Shown here one piece after another: positions 42,940 to 53,227 of a DNA stretch of 64,000 nucleotides. The stretch covers positions 1-64,000 of the forward strand of contig CAWDLW010000018.1 of the NCBI GenBank assembly GCA_963803145.1, in the 5' to 3' direction. Positions within the stretch are counted from its first letter, which is position 1. Each line of letters begins with the position of its first letter. The DNA comes from Methanotrichaceae archaeon. GTDB taxonomy: Archaea; Halobacteriota; Methanosarcinia; Methanotrichales; Methanotrichaceae. The position numbers and the translations under genes are program-made. A model generated the notes under the pieces. It worked only from the letters and a program-made list of their open reading frames with translations. It was not told the DNA's origin and ran no database searches.

Positions 42940-43263
42940 AGGTACTAAGCGACGTTTGACCTAGAGCCTCATTTTTCATCTTTTGAGCCTTCTGCACGGC
43001 TGCTTTGGCATCCATCTTCCTGTAGCGGTCCCAGATTGACATTCAGCACCTCGGAACCTTCTCGCCACGAGACCATCCTGTAGGCAAAGGTCTTGAGCCC
43101 TTCTTTAAGGTCTTCTCCTTCTGCCATATCTGCAGGGCCCCAAGCCTGGCAGTATTTTTCTAGGCCTCAGCCGTGAGTCTATCCATCTCATCCTGCCTCA
43201 TCCTTCTTGCAGGCTTCATCTGCCTAGTCTTGTTATGGCCTTAGATTCTCTCTTCTGCTTCAT
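42940..43263 (-). pseudogene. frameshifted small basic protein (EKTLKKG..TFAYRMVSWREG..V.NVNLG..RKMD...A.QKA.KMK.EALG)
   Basis: Hand translation across frameshifts; ends are approximate. Confidence 0.45.
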
Positions 43264-43400
43264 GGCCGCTTTCTTTTTGTGGTTTAGATTGTTGTGATGT
43301 ATCAATGTAATTTCTGAGTTCCATTATAATCAGAAATTTACCTTGGGCTTAAAGCCAATTTAATCCTACCAACAAGTGTATATTCTAAAATGATTAGATA

Positions 43401-43888
43401 GTTATTGCCGCGAAATAGGGCTGTAGCCGATTAAGCTTCGGGGGCAGTATGTCACCTCCAATGGAGCGCCTCGCTTAACAGCGAAGTCTTCGGTGAAAGC
43501 GAATTAAGGCATACATCGTTCAGTTCGTATATAAGCGCGGCAAGTAACGTCGTGTGCAGGCAAGGTGAGAGCAGGCTCTTCATCTTCGATGAAAGGGTCC
43601 CCGTAAGAAAGGCGCTGTGCCAGATACCAGTGCTGTCTCGCATTGCCTGTGTGAAGGCACGGGGCGGGCTTAAAATCGCCACTACGGTGGTTGATTCCTC
43701 TGAGGAGGGCGCTGTGAGTCAGCGTTTGGCTCGCCTAAAACTTCACAGTACTATTCTCTTGGGTATATTCTGGGTTTTGATGTTCGCTTACTGGTAATTG
43801 CCAGGCAATGCAATCGGTATGCTGCCTACAGATATGTTTTTGATAAAAGTGTTTACGTGCGGGGGATGAGATTCTCGCACCTTTTTTT
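43401..43888 (+). ncRNA. putative large structured non-coding RNA (unknown family)
   Basis: Three nested multibranch domains, many G-U pairs, a cUACGg tetraloop, a possible pseudoknot, TATA-like sequence ~20-25 bp upstream, terminal hairpin + T7. Confidence 0.6.
43788..43888 (+). repeat. upstream element U, copy 2 (hairpin + T7, terminator-like)
   Basis: TTACTGGTAA...GCCTACAG...GTGCGGGGGATGAGATTCTCGCAC-CTTTTTTT. Confidence 0.7.
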
Positions 43889-44015
43889 GGCTTAACAATT
43901 TATGCCAGAAGAGCACATATAACAGTCTGACGTTTAGGTGCTGGGAGCAACATTATATGCAATAGACCCCTTTCTGACCATAATTGATATAACGTTTGAA
44001 TATCTATCCAAATAT

Positions 44016-44921
44016 ATGAAAAATATTGAAATGTTCTATCTATTATCTTTGATAGCATTACTGCTTGTAGTCTCTTCTTTTGGAGCACTAGCAGAACCAA
44101 ATACATCTGTAAACATGAATACCACGGCTCTAAAAGAACTGGTGATAAATTCAGAGAACAACTTAAAATCCTATAGTTTAAACCTGTCTGAAAATGAAAA
44201 CATAATGCTCATCAACTCCACGAGCCACAATACGACGTCTCGGGTCAACATACAGACTCTAGGGGCCATCGCTATCAATCGCACCAGCAAATCAGCGAAG
44301 GCAGTCACTGCCTCCCTCGTCCTGCCGATAGGAGATGTGGTGGATGCTGCTACCATATCGACAGAAGTATACTATATCAATGATACTTTATATAGCGAGG
44401 TTGACGGAAATTGGACTGCGATGAAGCTGGCTTTGCCCGGAGCCTTTGGAACCAATCAGGACATGATTAGACAAACTGCGATGCTATTGAATGCATCCAC
44501 TATCAGACTTATCGGTATTGAGGCCATAAACGGTGAAAAGTATTACGTTGTGGAGATATCTCCTCAAAGTAGTGCTATCTCTTCCCTTTTCAAACAGGAG
44601 ACTGGTTCTATCAGCTCTATGATCCCCCAGAGCATCGAGAACCTCAGTCATCTCTTCAACAATATTCAGCTCAGATATATCACCTGGATAAATACAGCCA
44701 GCTATCTCCCAGTGCAGGAGTTTGCCATTGTAAACATCACGACCACGCCAGGAATGCTCGGCTATCCGGGAGGGAATAGCACGGAAGTCTACATCAACTC
44801 TTCCATTACAACGAGGTTCAGCGATTTGAATAAGACAATAAATATAATGTTGCCTGAGGCTGCAAAGAGGGCAGAGATGTTGCCTTTAAACAGCTCCGGC
44901 ACGCCACTGGCAATACCTTAA
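44016..44921 (+). CDS. secreted LppX/LprA-like (DUF6612-like) protein
   Basis: Signal peptide; EVYYINDTLY..VDGNW, GIEAING...Y.VEI, WIN..SYLP, FSDLN..I.I.LP; many NxS/T sequons. Confidence 0.65.
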   Translation: MKNIEMFYLLSLIALLLVVSSFGALAEPNTSVNMNTTALKELVINSENNLKSYSLNLSENENIMLINSTSHNTTSRVNIQTLGAIAINRTSKSAKAVTASLVLPIGDVVDAATISTEVYYINDTLYSEVDGNWTAMKLALPGAFGTNQDMIRQTAMLLNASTIRLIGIEAINGEKYYVVEISPQSSAISSLFKQETGSISSMIPQSIENLSHLFNNIQLRYITWINTASYLPVQEFAIVNITTTPGMLGYPGGNSTEVYINSSITTRFSDLNKTINIMLPEAAKRAEMLPLNSSGTPLAIP

Positions 44922-44977
44922 GTCCAGAGGATCAGCAGAAAATAAAAATGATCGAGAGTAGGGCCATATTTGCCCAA

Positions 44978-45085
44978 GTATGTATAACCTGATTCCAGCC
45001 CACCTTATTTTCCAACGACTATAGGGCTGGAAACAATTTTATAAACATCTTTCTGAGCTACAAATGCGTTGGGTCTGCGCTCCAG
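44978..45085 (+). repeat. downstream element D, copy 2
   Basis: GTATGTATAACCTG...TTTTATAAACATCTTTC...TGCGCTCCAG. Confidence 0.75.
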
Positions 45086-45164
45086 ATATTATGCTTGAAT
45101 GCGGGCCTTCCGATGCTCCATGTTAGCGTTCCTAAATCCAGGTCTATCATCCTAGATTATACCT

Positions 45165-45497
45165 TTAATGCCGCCCACTCTGATACCTTCGCCGATAAAG
45201 CGCCTCTTGTGCCGTCCTCACTTCAGGCAGCAGCTGCAATGCCCTTTTCTCCAAATCCACAAGCAAATTCCAACTCTCGCCCATCATATCAGCAATCTGC
45301 GCTTCTGCGAACCCAACCGATTGCAAGTTGAGGTACTCCTCTATTGCCGCTTCTGCTGCGGACTGTCCCGGCACATCCAGTTCATCCAGCGCCCTGCCAA
45401 GTGCCAAAGCCTGCACGCTATCCTCATCCAGCACGCCGGCCTTCAGCATCCCTGCCTTCAGAAGTACTGCACGTCGCTCAAGCGCCCTTAGGTTCAT
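45165..45497 (-). CDS. hypothetical protein (provirus-like)
   Basis: 110-aa ORF with GGAGGG RBS; no recognised motif. Confidence 0.5.
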   Translation of the reverse strand: MNLRALERRAVLLKAGMLKAGVLDEDSVQALALGRALDELDVPGQSAAEAAIEEYLNLQSVGFAEAQIADMMGESWNLLVDLEKRALQLLPEVRTAQEALYRRRYQSGRH

Positions 45498-45936
45498 CCA
45501 TTCCCTCCACGATAGACAATCGCTCTTCCAGATCTTCTAGCTTACCCAGTTCATAGCTTCTATACAGATATGCAGTAAATTCATAGCCCATCTCTTCGCC
45601 TATAAGTACGATAGAGGTGCATTTAGTTCTATGATAAGTTGTCTATTGCCTAAAATCAAGTGAGGCATAGGCCAACAATCTGGATTTTAACCCAGATCCC
45701 CTTTTACAGGGATTCCTATCGCCCGAAAGCGATAGATTACTTCACCTATGCCTCAAGCAATATATTGCACCCTAATTTATTTATAATTGTTGGTAGATAA
45801 TATCATCAGAGACTATCGTATTAGCTCTGATAGCGAGGAAGATGCCTTATGTAACTTAGTACGGGATTCTCTTCAATCAAAAGGCTATCAGGTAGCATGT
45901 TATCAGCCATCGTAAATAATTCTTATAGTATTACAA

Positions 45937-46067
45937 CCTTCTATGTTGCCCCTCTTAGAGGGAAAGGGAGGCATAAAATCGCGTATAAGAGCGATAATAA
46001 AGGATGTTTTGGCTCAGGTCGTGGTTCATCTGGTGTTCCATATTCTTTTTGCGCCTGTAGTGAGATA
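45937..46067. repeat. dispersed repeat C, copy a
   Basis: CCTTCTATGTTG.CCCTCTT...AGAGGGAA.GGGAGGC.TAAAA...TTTGCGCC.GT.GTGAGATA shared with 57407-57541. Confidence 0.8.
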
Positions 46068-46089
46068 GGTGCTTCCGGAGATCTTAGCC

Positions 46090-46424
46090 CAAACCCGGAC
46101 TTGGTTGGCGTCCTGCAGGTACTTCTCCAGACCGGCCGGTTCAAGATACCCAGCCAGCTCAAGTTAGGTCCGGTCTTGCAGAGCGAGATGTTGAACTTCC
46201 GAGTGACGATCGACCCCAGAACGGCCCATGATAGCTATTCGGCATGGAGGGAGGCGGGCCATGATGATCTCGTTCTGAGCGTGGCATTGGCATGTTGGTA
46301 TGCAGAAACCGCTGCGTCAAAACCTATGCCTCGCCTCGTCTTCCCATCGGCCCCAAAGACGCCTTCGTCATGGCGGGCGGCATTGTATCCGTATAGCTCA
46401 GGGTATCCGACTTGGGGGCATTAA
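46090..46424 (+). pseudogene. C-terminal fragment of a terminase large subunit-like protein
   Basis: DLVGVLQVLLQTGR.KI...EMLNF...HDDLVLSVALACW; 5' part replaced by repeat C. Confidence 0.65.
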
Positions 46425-46681
46425 ATCAGGTTGGTTGAAAGCAAAATAATTATCTCCGTTGAGCATATGCCAGAAGATGGAGCCATAAATCCCTCTAATT
46501 GGGCATGCGGAAATGATATTCTCGAAGACCAATACAAATAAACTTGGCTGGAAATTATTTAGTTCAAAAAACTTATTATATTAAAGTTACTTGAATTCAA
46601 GACAGTCTGCTCTAGGGTGGCAGCATATACAAGTGTGCCTAGGCAGTGTCAATAAAAAATATTTTCATAGATGACTACATG

Positions 46682-47425
46682 TCAACGAGATTTCATGGGA
46701 GCGAGGCAGTACATAGCCCAACCCATAGATTGGCGTAGGAACTGTAAATAATCATCCTGTTCAGTACGGAAATGCTTGAATACCTGTTCATAGTCAGTGT
46801 GGGTGGGATTTTCTTCGAGCCAACGTATCAGTCCATACCAACTATCCGAAATGTACCTGTCCCAGTCGTCGTAGCTGGCACGAATGATGTATTCGAGTTC
46901 AAAGCCTTCATCCCGGATAAATTGAGTTAGTTCCGTTTCTGTATGGGTAGTTGTCTGTTTTTGGGCATATACCGGATGTACCTGATTGCTAAGCCAGTGG
47001 GTTTCACCGATACCAAGGCGTCCATTCTGATGAACGGCTCGCTTCAGTACTTGGAGTGTCTGCTGGCAGCCGCCAAAAATAAACGTTGACCCAATACATG
47101 TTGCGGCATCGAAAACCCCTTCTTCGAATATGTAATCAGCCCCATTGGAGCAAACGATTTCGATTTGGTCCGATAAACCTTTCGAAGCCAGTTTTTGCCT
47201 AGCCCTGTCGCAGAAATCCTCGGATATATCTATTCCAATACCAGTAATACCGAATTCCTCAGCCCAGAGAGTAAGGGGTCCGGCACAACCACAACCGAAG
47301 TCAATGACCCGGTTTCCTTTTTTCAATTTGAGTAATTTGCCGAGTTTGATGATCTTTTCAGGCGTGGAAGGGTTTAGTATCTCCATATAGCGGTGTGAGA
47401 TGCTCATAATGTCAAGGAATTCCAT
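46682..47425 (-). CDS. class I SAM-dependent methyltransferase (YjhP-like)
   Basis: VIDFGCG, GIDIS, FDAATCIG, GETHW. Confidence 0.85.
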   Translation of the reverse strand: MEFLDIMSISHRYMEILNPSTPEKIIKLGKLLKLKKGNRVIDFGCGCAGPLTLWAEEFGITGIGIDISEDFCDRARQKLASKGLSDQIEIVCSNGADYIFEEGVFDAATCIGSTFIFGGCQQTLQVLKRAVHQNGRLGIGETHWLSNQVHPVYAQKQTTTHTETELTQFIRDEGFELEYIIRASYDDWDRYISDSWYGLIRWLEENPTHTDYEQVFKHFRTEQDDYLQFLRQSMGWAMYCLAPMKSR

Positions 47426-47969
47426 AATTCAAGCCTCCTTCTGGAAATTGTAACTTGATTAATAAAGGTGTTGAGAGACCTAATGCGAATCTCGTTGATA
47501 ATGTGGTGATGACAGCCTCAAATTTTTACCCAATTATAAGCATCTTAGACTTCTGCTTGAAAAGAAGCAAGTAGTTCTTGGCCATAATACTAACGTTGCA
47601 TATACATTGGCACGACGGCCAAGTATGCTTAAAAGATGTCTTAAATTTAGAGGTTTAAATGAAATTCTTAAGGGCATAAGGTTGTATATTTACAGGTAAA
47701 TATATGCCCAAACCCTGGCTAGTAGTACCACATAGCTCAAACGTGCTAAGGAGATATAGTACTACCGATGGAGGTTGCACGTATTTATTGCGCAGTTTAT
47801 ATACACCATTTTATACAACCTGCAGAGCTCCGCAAAATCGAGCAAAGTACTCTTCCAATTAACTCATCATTCCATAAACTATGGAATGCCAGGTTTACAA
47901 TCGACTGATAACGAAAAACCGATAGCAGCAAAATCAATTTTACAAACCGCTATCCAGAGCGCAAAGGTA

Positions 47970-48623
47970 TGCCTTTGCGCTCCAGGTTCTATGCCTTCCA
48001 CAATCGATAGCAGTAGATTCAATCAATCGATATCAGCGACCCTTCAAGTTTACTTGATTGTCATTCCTGTAATGGCTGGAATAGTTGTTAACTCAAAAAG
48101 GCATTTAGGTCGATTTGTGGGTTTCCAGTTAGTTATCTAAAACAGTGCATATAACAGTACATACATTCCAGATCGTAGATCCTCAAGCAGCACTAGGGTG
48201 GGCATCGAAAAGGCTTAGGAGATTTTGAAGATCGTACTTAAAACCTAAGTTTCAACAGGCTTATTCTTCCCCACATACTTCGATCTGCTCTTCCCACCCT
48301 TCTTCGAATACAGATACCAATATGGCCCATGCAGCTCCCCACCAGGCTTTGCACAGTGGCATGAGGGCTTGCCGCATTTCACCTTCTGAAGAACATATGA
48401 GCCGCCACCCATGGCAGGCTTAACCTCAATAATCTCCGTGCCCTTCCACTTGGCTCTCTCTTCGATTTCCAAGGCTTCGAGCTGGGATTCAAGGATGGCA
48501 ATGGCATTGCCTATCCAGGCCCTCTGCTCCCGGAGCACTTCTATCCTTTTTCTGAGATCCTCAGTACTTATAATGTCTTATATGTAATTTTTAGATATCA
48601 ATCTGACCATTGGCTCATAAGAC
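47970..48623. repeat. 654-bp duplication, copy 2
   Basis: Colinear with 31893-32546. Confidence 0.92.
48245..48571 (-). CDS. DUF6788-like protein, copy 2 (ATG changed to ATA; GTG at 48538 possible)
   Basis: Paralog of 32168-32494. Confidence 0.6.
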   Translation of the reverse strand: MSTEDLRKRIEVLREQRAWIGNAIAILESQLEALEIEERAKWKGTEIIEVKPAMGGGSYVLQKVKCGKPSCHCAKPGGELHGPYWYLYSKKGGKSRSKYVGKNKPVET

Positions 48624-48857
48624 TTGGATAATCCATTGATGTGAAACTTTGAATTTCACCTAATCTGAAGAACTCATTCTGTCCTTCTAACTCTTTAAAC
48701 CAGTAGACCAATCGCTAATAACATTCAGGCCTCCTCGTCTTCGATGATCTCAAGACCGTGCATCAAACCAGCTCTGATATTGTTGACCAAGGTTGTTATC
48801 TCATCTAAAGTCTCAATTGCATGTACTACTTCCTCTTTTGTAAAGGCAGCCATGATT

Positions 48858-49151
48858 TTAGGCCTCCCTAGTGGCTTTATTGGACCTAATCAAAACGAAA
48901 GGTTTGCAATCTGCCTGCTTTTTAGCCCTTAGATAAGCCATCTCAAAGGCCTTGGTATCTGTGTGTGAGCCTTCAATCAGGGTTCTGGGAGTGTGCAGGC
49001 GATTAGCATCATTGATGCAAGCATCCAGGATCCAAAGGTTAGCCTCACATTCCATAAACGCAGGATTGCTCAGAAAACCTATTGGATATCTGCTAACAAA
49101 ATCGATTGCCTTAGACTCAATATTCTCATTGGAAGCTGTCATTCTAGACAT
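48858..49151 (-). CDS. hypothetical protein
   Basis: 97-aa ORF with GGTGG RBS, divergent from the RHH gene. Confidence 0.5.
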   Translation of the reverse strand: MSRMTASNENIESKAIDFVSRYPIGFLSNPAFMECEANLWILDACINDANRLHTPRTLIEGSHTDTKAFEMAYLRAKKQADCKPFVLIRSNKATREA

Positions 49152-49193
49152 TTAGTTCCACCCATAAGGACATCGAGGTTTAAGTATTTAACA

Positions 49194-49257
49194 TTATAGC
49201 AGATTATGCTTATAGCAGATTATGCTTATAGCAGATTATGCTTATAGCAGATTATGT
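49194..49257. repeat. 4 x 16-bp tandem repeat TTATAGCAGATTATGC
   Basis: Read directly; the last unit ends in T. Confidence 0.95.
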
Positions 49258-49296
49258 TTAAAAACTTTAAATACAATTATGCGCTTAAGGGCGTAT

Positions 49297-49446
49297 ATGC
49301 CTAGAGTCAGCGCAGATATCAGTAAAGAATTAAATCAGAAGCTTAAAGAGTACATTGTAAAGACAAAAGGAACCCTCAGAGGCTCTCAGGGAGAGGTTAT
49401 CGCAGAGGCAATAAAGGAATTCCTCGAGCGTCACGCGAATGATTAA
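49297..49446 (+). CDS. ribbon-helix-helix (CopG-like) DNA-binding protein
   Basis: MPRVSADISKELNQKLKEY...QGEVIAEAIKEFLER. Confidence 0.7.
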   Translation: MPRVSADISKELNQKLKEYIVKTKGTLRGSQGEVIAEAIKEFLERHAND

Positions 49447-49499
49447 AGTTGGTTCTTCGCTGTTTTGGCTATGGCATATAAGACTCTATCTCTAGCGAG

Positions 49500-50567
49500 C
49501 TATAACGCCGGATAGTCGATATAGCCTCTTTCTTCACCTGCATAGAAGGTCTTAATATCAGGGATATTAAGGGCAGCGTTCTTCTTAAAACGTTCAGGCA
49601 AATCCGGATTGGCCAAGAAAGATGCACCAAATGCGATGAGATCCGCAAGGCCATTTCTAATAGCCTCATTTCCTTTCTCAGCGTCATAGCCTCCATTCAA
49701 AATGAAAGTTCCCTTGAAGATATCCCGAATAGATGGGGCGAGCCGATCTTCAGGTGCTACAAGCATCGGCTCTCCAACTCGCTCTATCATATGGAGATAT
49801 CCGATTCTTAAGTCGTTCAGCTCCTTAGCTAGATAGAAGAAAGTTTCTTTTGGATTTGAATCGTGCATTGAATACCTTGAAAATTGAGGAGAAATCCTGT
49901 ATCCAACTCTATAAGCACCAAACACATCTATAGCTGCTTTAGTGACTTCTAACGGCAGACGTACACGATTCCTTAACGCGCCACCGTATTCATCTGTTCG
50001 ACGATTTGAACCGTCTCTTAAGAATTGATCAAGCAGATAGCCATTGGCTCCATGGATTTCGACTCCATCAAAACCAGCGGCTTTTGCGTTAGAAGCTCCT
50101 ATCCTAAACTGATTAACTATATCCTTTATCTCATCCAGTTCGAGAGCACGAGGCACCTCGAATTTCTTTTTGCCAAATGGAGTGTGAATATCACCTTCAA
50201 ACGGGAGAGCAGAAGGCGCAACAGGTAATTCTCCGCCAAGATAATCCGGATGCGATACCCTTCCCACATGCCATAATTGAAGGAAAATCTTGCTGCCTGC
50301 TTGGTGAACTGCATCAGTCACTTTTCTCCAGCCTTCAACCTGCTCGGATGAATAGATTCCTGGAGTACGGACGAAACCAACTCCTTGTGGGCTTATCTGC
50401 GATCCTTCTGTAATAATTAAGCCCGCCTGTGATCTCTGCACGTAATACGTAATAGCTAATGGATTTGGTACACTCCCAACAATTGCACGGCAACGGGTCA
50501 TCGGTGCCATAGCTATGCGGTTTGAGAGTTTTAAGTCGCCTAATTCGTATGGTGAGAACAGGTCCAT
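49500..50567 (-). CDS. old yellow enzyme family alkene reductase (NemA-like)
   Basis: MAPMTR, QLWHVGR, EIHGANGYLLDQF, NPDLPER, GYIDYP. Confidence 0.93.
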   Translation of the reverse strand: MDLFSPYELGDLKLSNRIAMAPMTRCRAIVGSVPNPLAITYYVQRSQAGLIITEGSQISPQGVGFVRTPGIYSSEQVEGWRKVTDAVHQAGSKIFLQLWHVGRVSHPDYLGGELPVAPSALPFEGDIHTPFGKKKFEVPRALELDEIKDIVNQFRIGASNAKAAGFDGVEIHGANGYLLDQFLRDGSNRRTDEYGGALRNRVRLPLEVTKAAIDVFGAYRVGYRISPQFSRYSMHDSNPKETFFYLAKELNDLRIGYLHMIERVGEPMLVAPEDRLAPSIRDIFKGTFILNGGYDAEKGNEAIRNGLADLIAFGASFLANPDLPERFKKNAALNIPDIKTFYAGEERGYIDYPAL

Positions 50568-50603
50568 ATTTCCTCATTTCCTTTAATGTACTTTTGATCG
50601 TTT

Positions 50604-53124
50604 TCAGTGCTCCCACAGGATATGAGACTCTTCAAGAGGTATGAATGCATCCGGATGGTAAGGAACTATTCTGGGCGTATAATGTTCTGAGGGACGTGAG
50701 GCTGGCACCTTTGCCTCGTAGAAGTACCCATATCCATTGGCCATTTCAGAGATTAGCTCTCGTTTGGCCATTGCAACTCTTACAGGTGGCTCCTCATTTT
50801 GGCCATCAGCATAGATTTCCACATTGATCATACCTGGATCAATTTCACCTAAAAAGATCTTAACCTCAAATTTCCAATATTCGCCATCTCTAGACACTTT
50901 AGTTCCCAAAAATCGCAAGCTATTCCAGTTTTCAGCCAGTTTCTGAGCCCATAGGTCCAGCTCTTTGGCCAGCTTGCCACCATCAGCTTCTCGCCGTCGG
51001 TTGGCCTCGGCCACAGGCAGATACATCTTCTCTACACATTCACGTATCATACGATCGCTGCTGAACTTAGGAGTCAGATTTGACATGCTCTCTCTAATCC
51101 GGCTGATCCAGGCTCTGGGAATTCCATTCTCGTCTCGGAAATAAAACTCAGGCACGATCTGTTCTTCCAATAACCTATAGAGCTGCTCAGCATCGCTATC
51201 ATCCTGCTGAGGACCTCTGTAATCGATACCATCGCCTATGCTCCAGCCTACTTTGGGGCTGTAGGCCTCTGCCCACCAGCCATCTAGAATTGAGAGGTTT
51301 CAAGCCGCCATTTGCCAGGATCTTCATGCCGCTGGTTCCTGAGGCCTCATAAGGACGCTGTGGAACATTGATCCACAGATCGACTCCAGACAACAGCTTC
51401 TGGGCCAGTGCTATGTAATAATCCTCCAGGAAACCAACTCTATCCTGCAAATCGGGCCTGGAGGCAAACTGGGCCATCTCTCTGACCATATTCTTCCCCT
51501 CATCGTCGTTTGGATGAGCCTTTCCAGCCACAATAAGCTGAACAGGATGTTCAGAGTTTTTAAGCAGGCGAGCTAGACGATCGGCATCATGCAATAGAAG
51601 AGTGGGCCTCTTATAAGCCGTGAACCTTCGGGCGAATCCTATAGTCAGAGCATTTGGATCTAAGACCTGTTGAGCAGCTTGAATCTTTTCTGCGCTATCT
51701 CCATGTTCCTGAAGTTGGCGCATCAGTCTGCGCCGAACATAGCCTATAAGGCTTATGCGCTCCGCTATGCGAAAACGCCATAGCTCAGCATCGCTGATTC
51801 TTGAGATCTCATGAGCAACTTCGACATCGGCCATATTCTTTTGCTCATAGCCGCACGCTTTGTTCCAAATTCTCATTGATGCAGGTGACTGCCAGGATGA
51901 AACGTGGACTCCATTTGCGATGGAATCTACAGGAACTTCCGCATGAGGCCAGCGATTAAAAAGAGGCTGCAATATTTTTCGACTGGTATCTTTATGAATG
52001 CAGCTCACCCCGTTTATGTGAGCACATCCTCGTGCGGCCAAAAAGGCCATAACAAAAGAGCAGTTCTCGTCTTCTTGGTTCATTTGGCCCAACTTTACTA
52101 AGTCCAATTCAGTAACGCCCACTGAATGCGCAGCCTAGCGAGCATACTTTTCGATCAGGGATTTATCGAAGCTATCGAGACCTGCAGCAACTGATGTATG
52201 TGTAGTAAAGACATTACCGGCTCTAGTAGCCCAAAGAGCTTCTGAAAATGAAACTTTGTTTTTTCTCATGAATGATATGGCGCGGGCCAGTATTAGGAAA
52301 GAAGCATGCCCTTCGTTTATATGGCACACATCTACCTTTATATCCATGGCCTCCAATGCTCGCCATCCTCCAGCTCCCAGAACAAGCTCTTGGAGCAGCC
52401 GCTTTTCCTTTCCAGGATCGTAGAGGTCAGAAGTGGTAGCTCTATCCCAGGGACTGTTCAAAGGGTCATTGGAATCCAGGAGGTAAAGATCGACCTTGCC
52501 TACTTGAGCTTTCCAAACCCTGAGGTATAGGTCTCTTCCTGGCAGAGGAAGCTTGATCCTAAGACGGCTGCCATCCTTATTACGCACAGGAACGATGGGC
52601 AGAATTAGAGGATCGTTATAAGGAAATGTCTCAGTCTGAGAACCATCATTCGCAAGTACCTGATGGAAATAACCCTGTTGATACAGCAGGCCAATACCTA
52701 TCAAGGGGACTCCTAAGTCGCTGGCCGTCTTAAGATGGTCTCCCGCCAGTATACCCAGACCGCCAGAATAGATCGGCAGCGCTTCGGTTAGGCCGAACTC
52801 CATGCTGAAATAGGCAATTTTTCCCATTTGGTAACAATAGCCACGCTGGTCAAACCAGCACGTCTCAGCTTGATCTTTTTTCTTGCTTTCAATCCAAAAC
52901 TGAAGCTCCTTCTTGAGCTCTTCGTCCTTGGAGACCTCTTCAAGCCTCTCCTCTGAAATATTCTCTAGAATTATGTAGGGATTATTAGTCCGCTCCCATG
53001 TTTCGGGATCCAATCTCTCCCAGATCAAATCTGCTGTACAACGTTCGTTCCATCGAAGATCTAACGCGAGTTCATATAGCACATCAAGGCCATCAGGAAG
53101 TGAACGTTGAAGCTGAGGGAGCAT
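50604..53124 (-). pseudogene. glgP: alpha-glucan phosphorylase with in-frame TAG (52135-37) and frameshift (~51300)
   Basis: YFSMEFG...YSGGLGILAGD, NEGH, FARRFTAYKR, EASGTSGMK; three ORF pieces. Confidence 0.9.
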
Positions 53125-53227
53125 AACATGTGATTTCTTGGGACAATTTAAAAGTTCCCAATTCGTTCCAGTTGATGGACCCCAACATGGGTCAACAATT
53201 AATACATAGAATTCTCAATACCGCTCC

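Noticed and set aside
43401-43760. RNase P, SRP RNA, tRNA, hammerhead or group II intron identity for the structured RNA
   Set aside because: There is no GAGGAAAGUCC/AACAGAA pair at proper spacing, no SRP helix-8 motif recognised, the cloverleaf has a 4-nt anticodon-position loop and no TTCGA, CTGAGGA lacks a following GAAA core, and no domain V was seen.
49194-49257. CRISPR array
   Set aside because: The repeats are contiguous 16-mers without spacers and no cas genes are present.
52135-52137. In-frame TAG in glgP as pyrrolysine readthrough
   Set aside because: The same gene has a frameshift near 51300 and no pyl genes are in the window; pseudogenisation is simpler.
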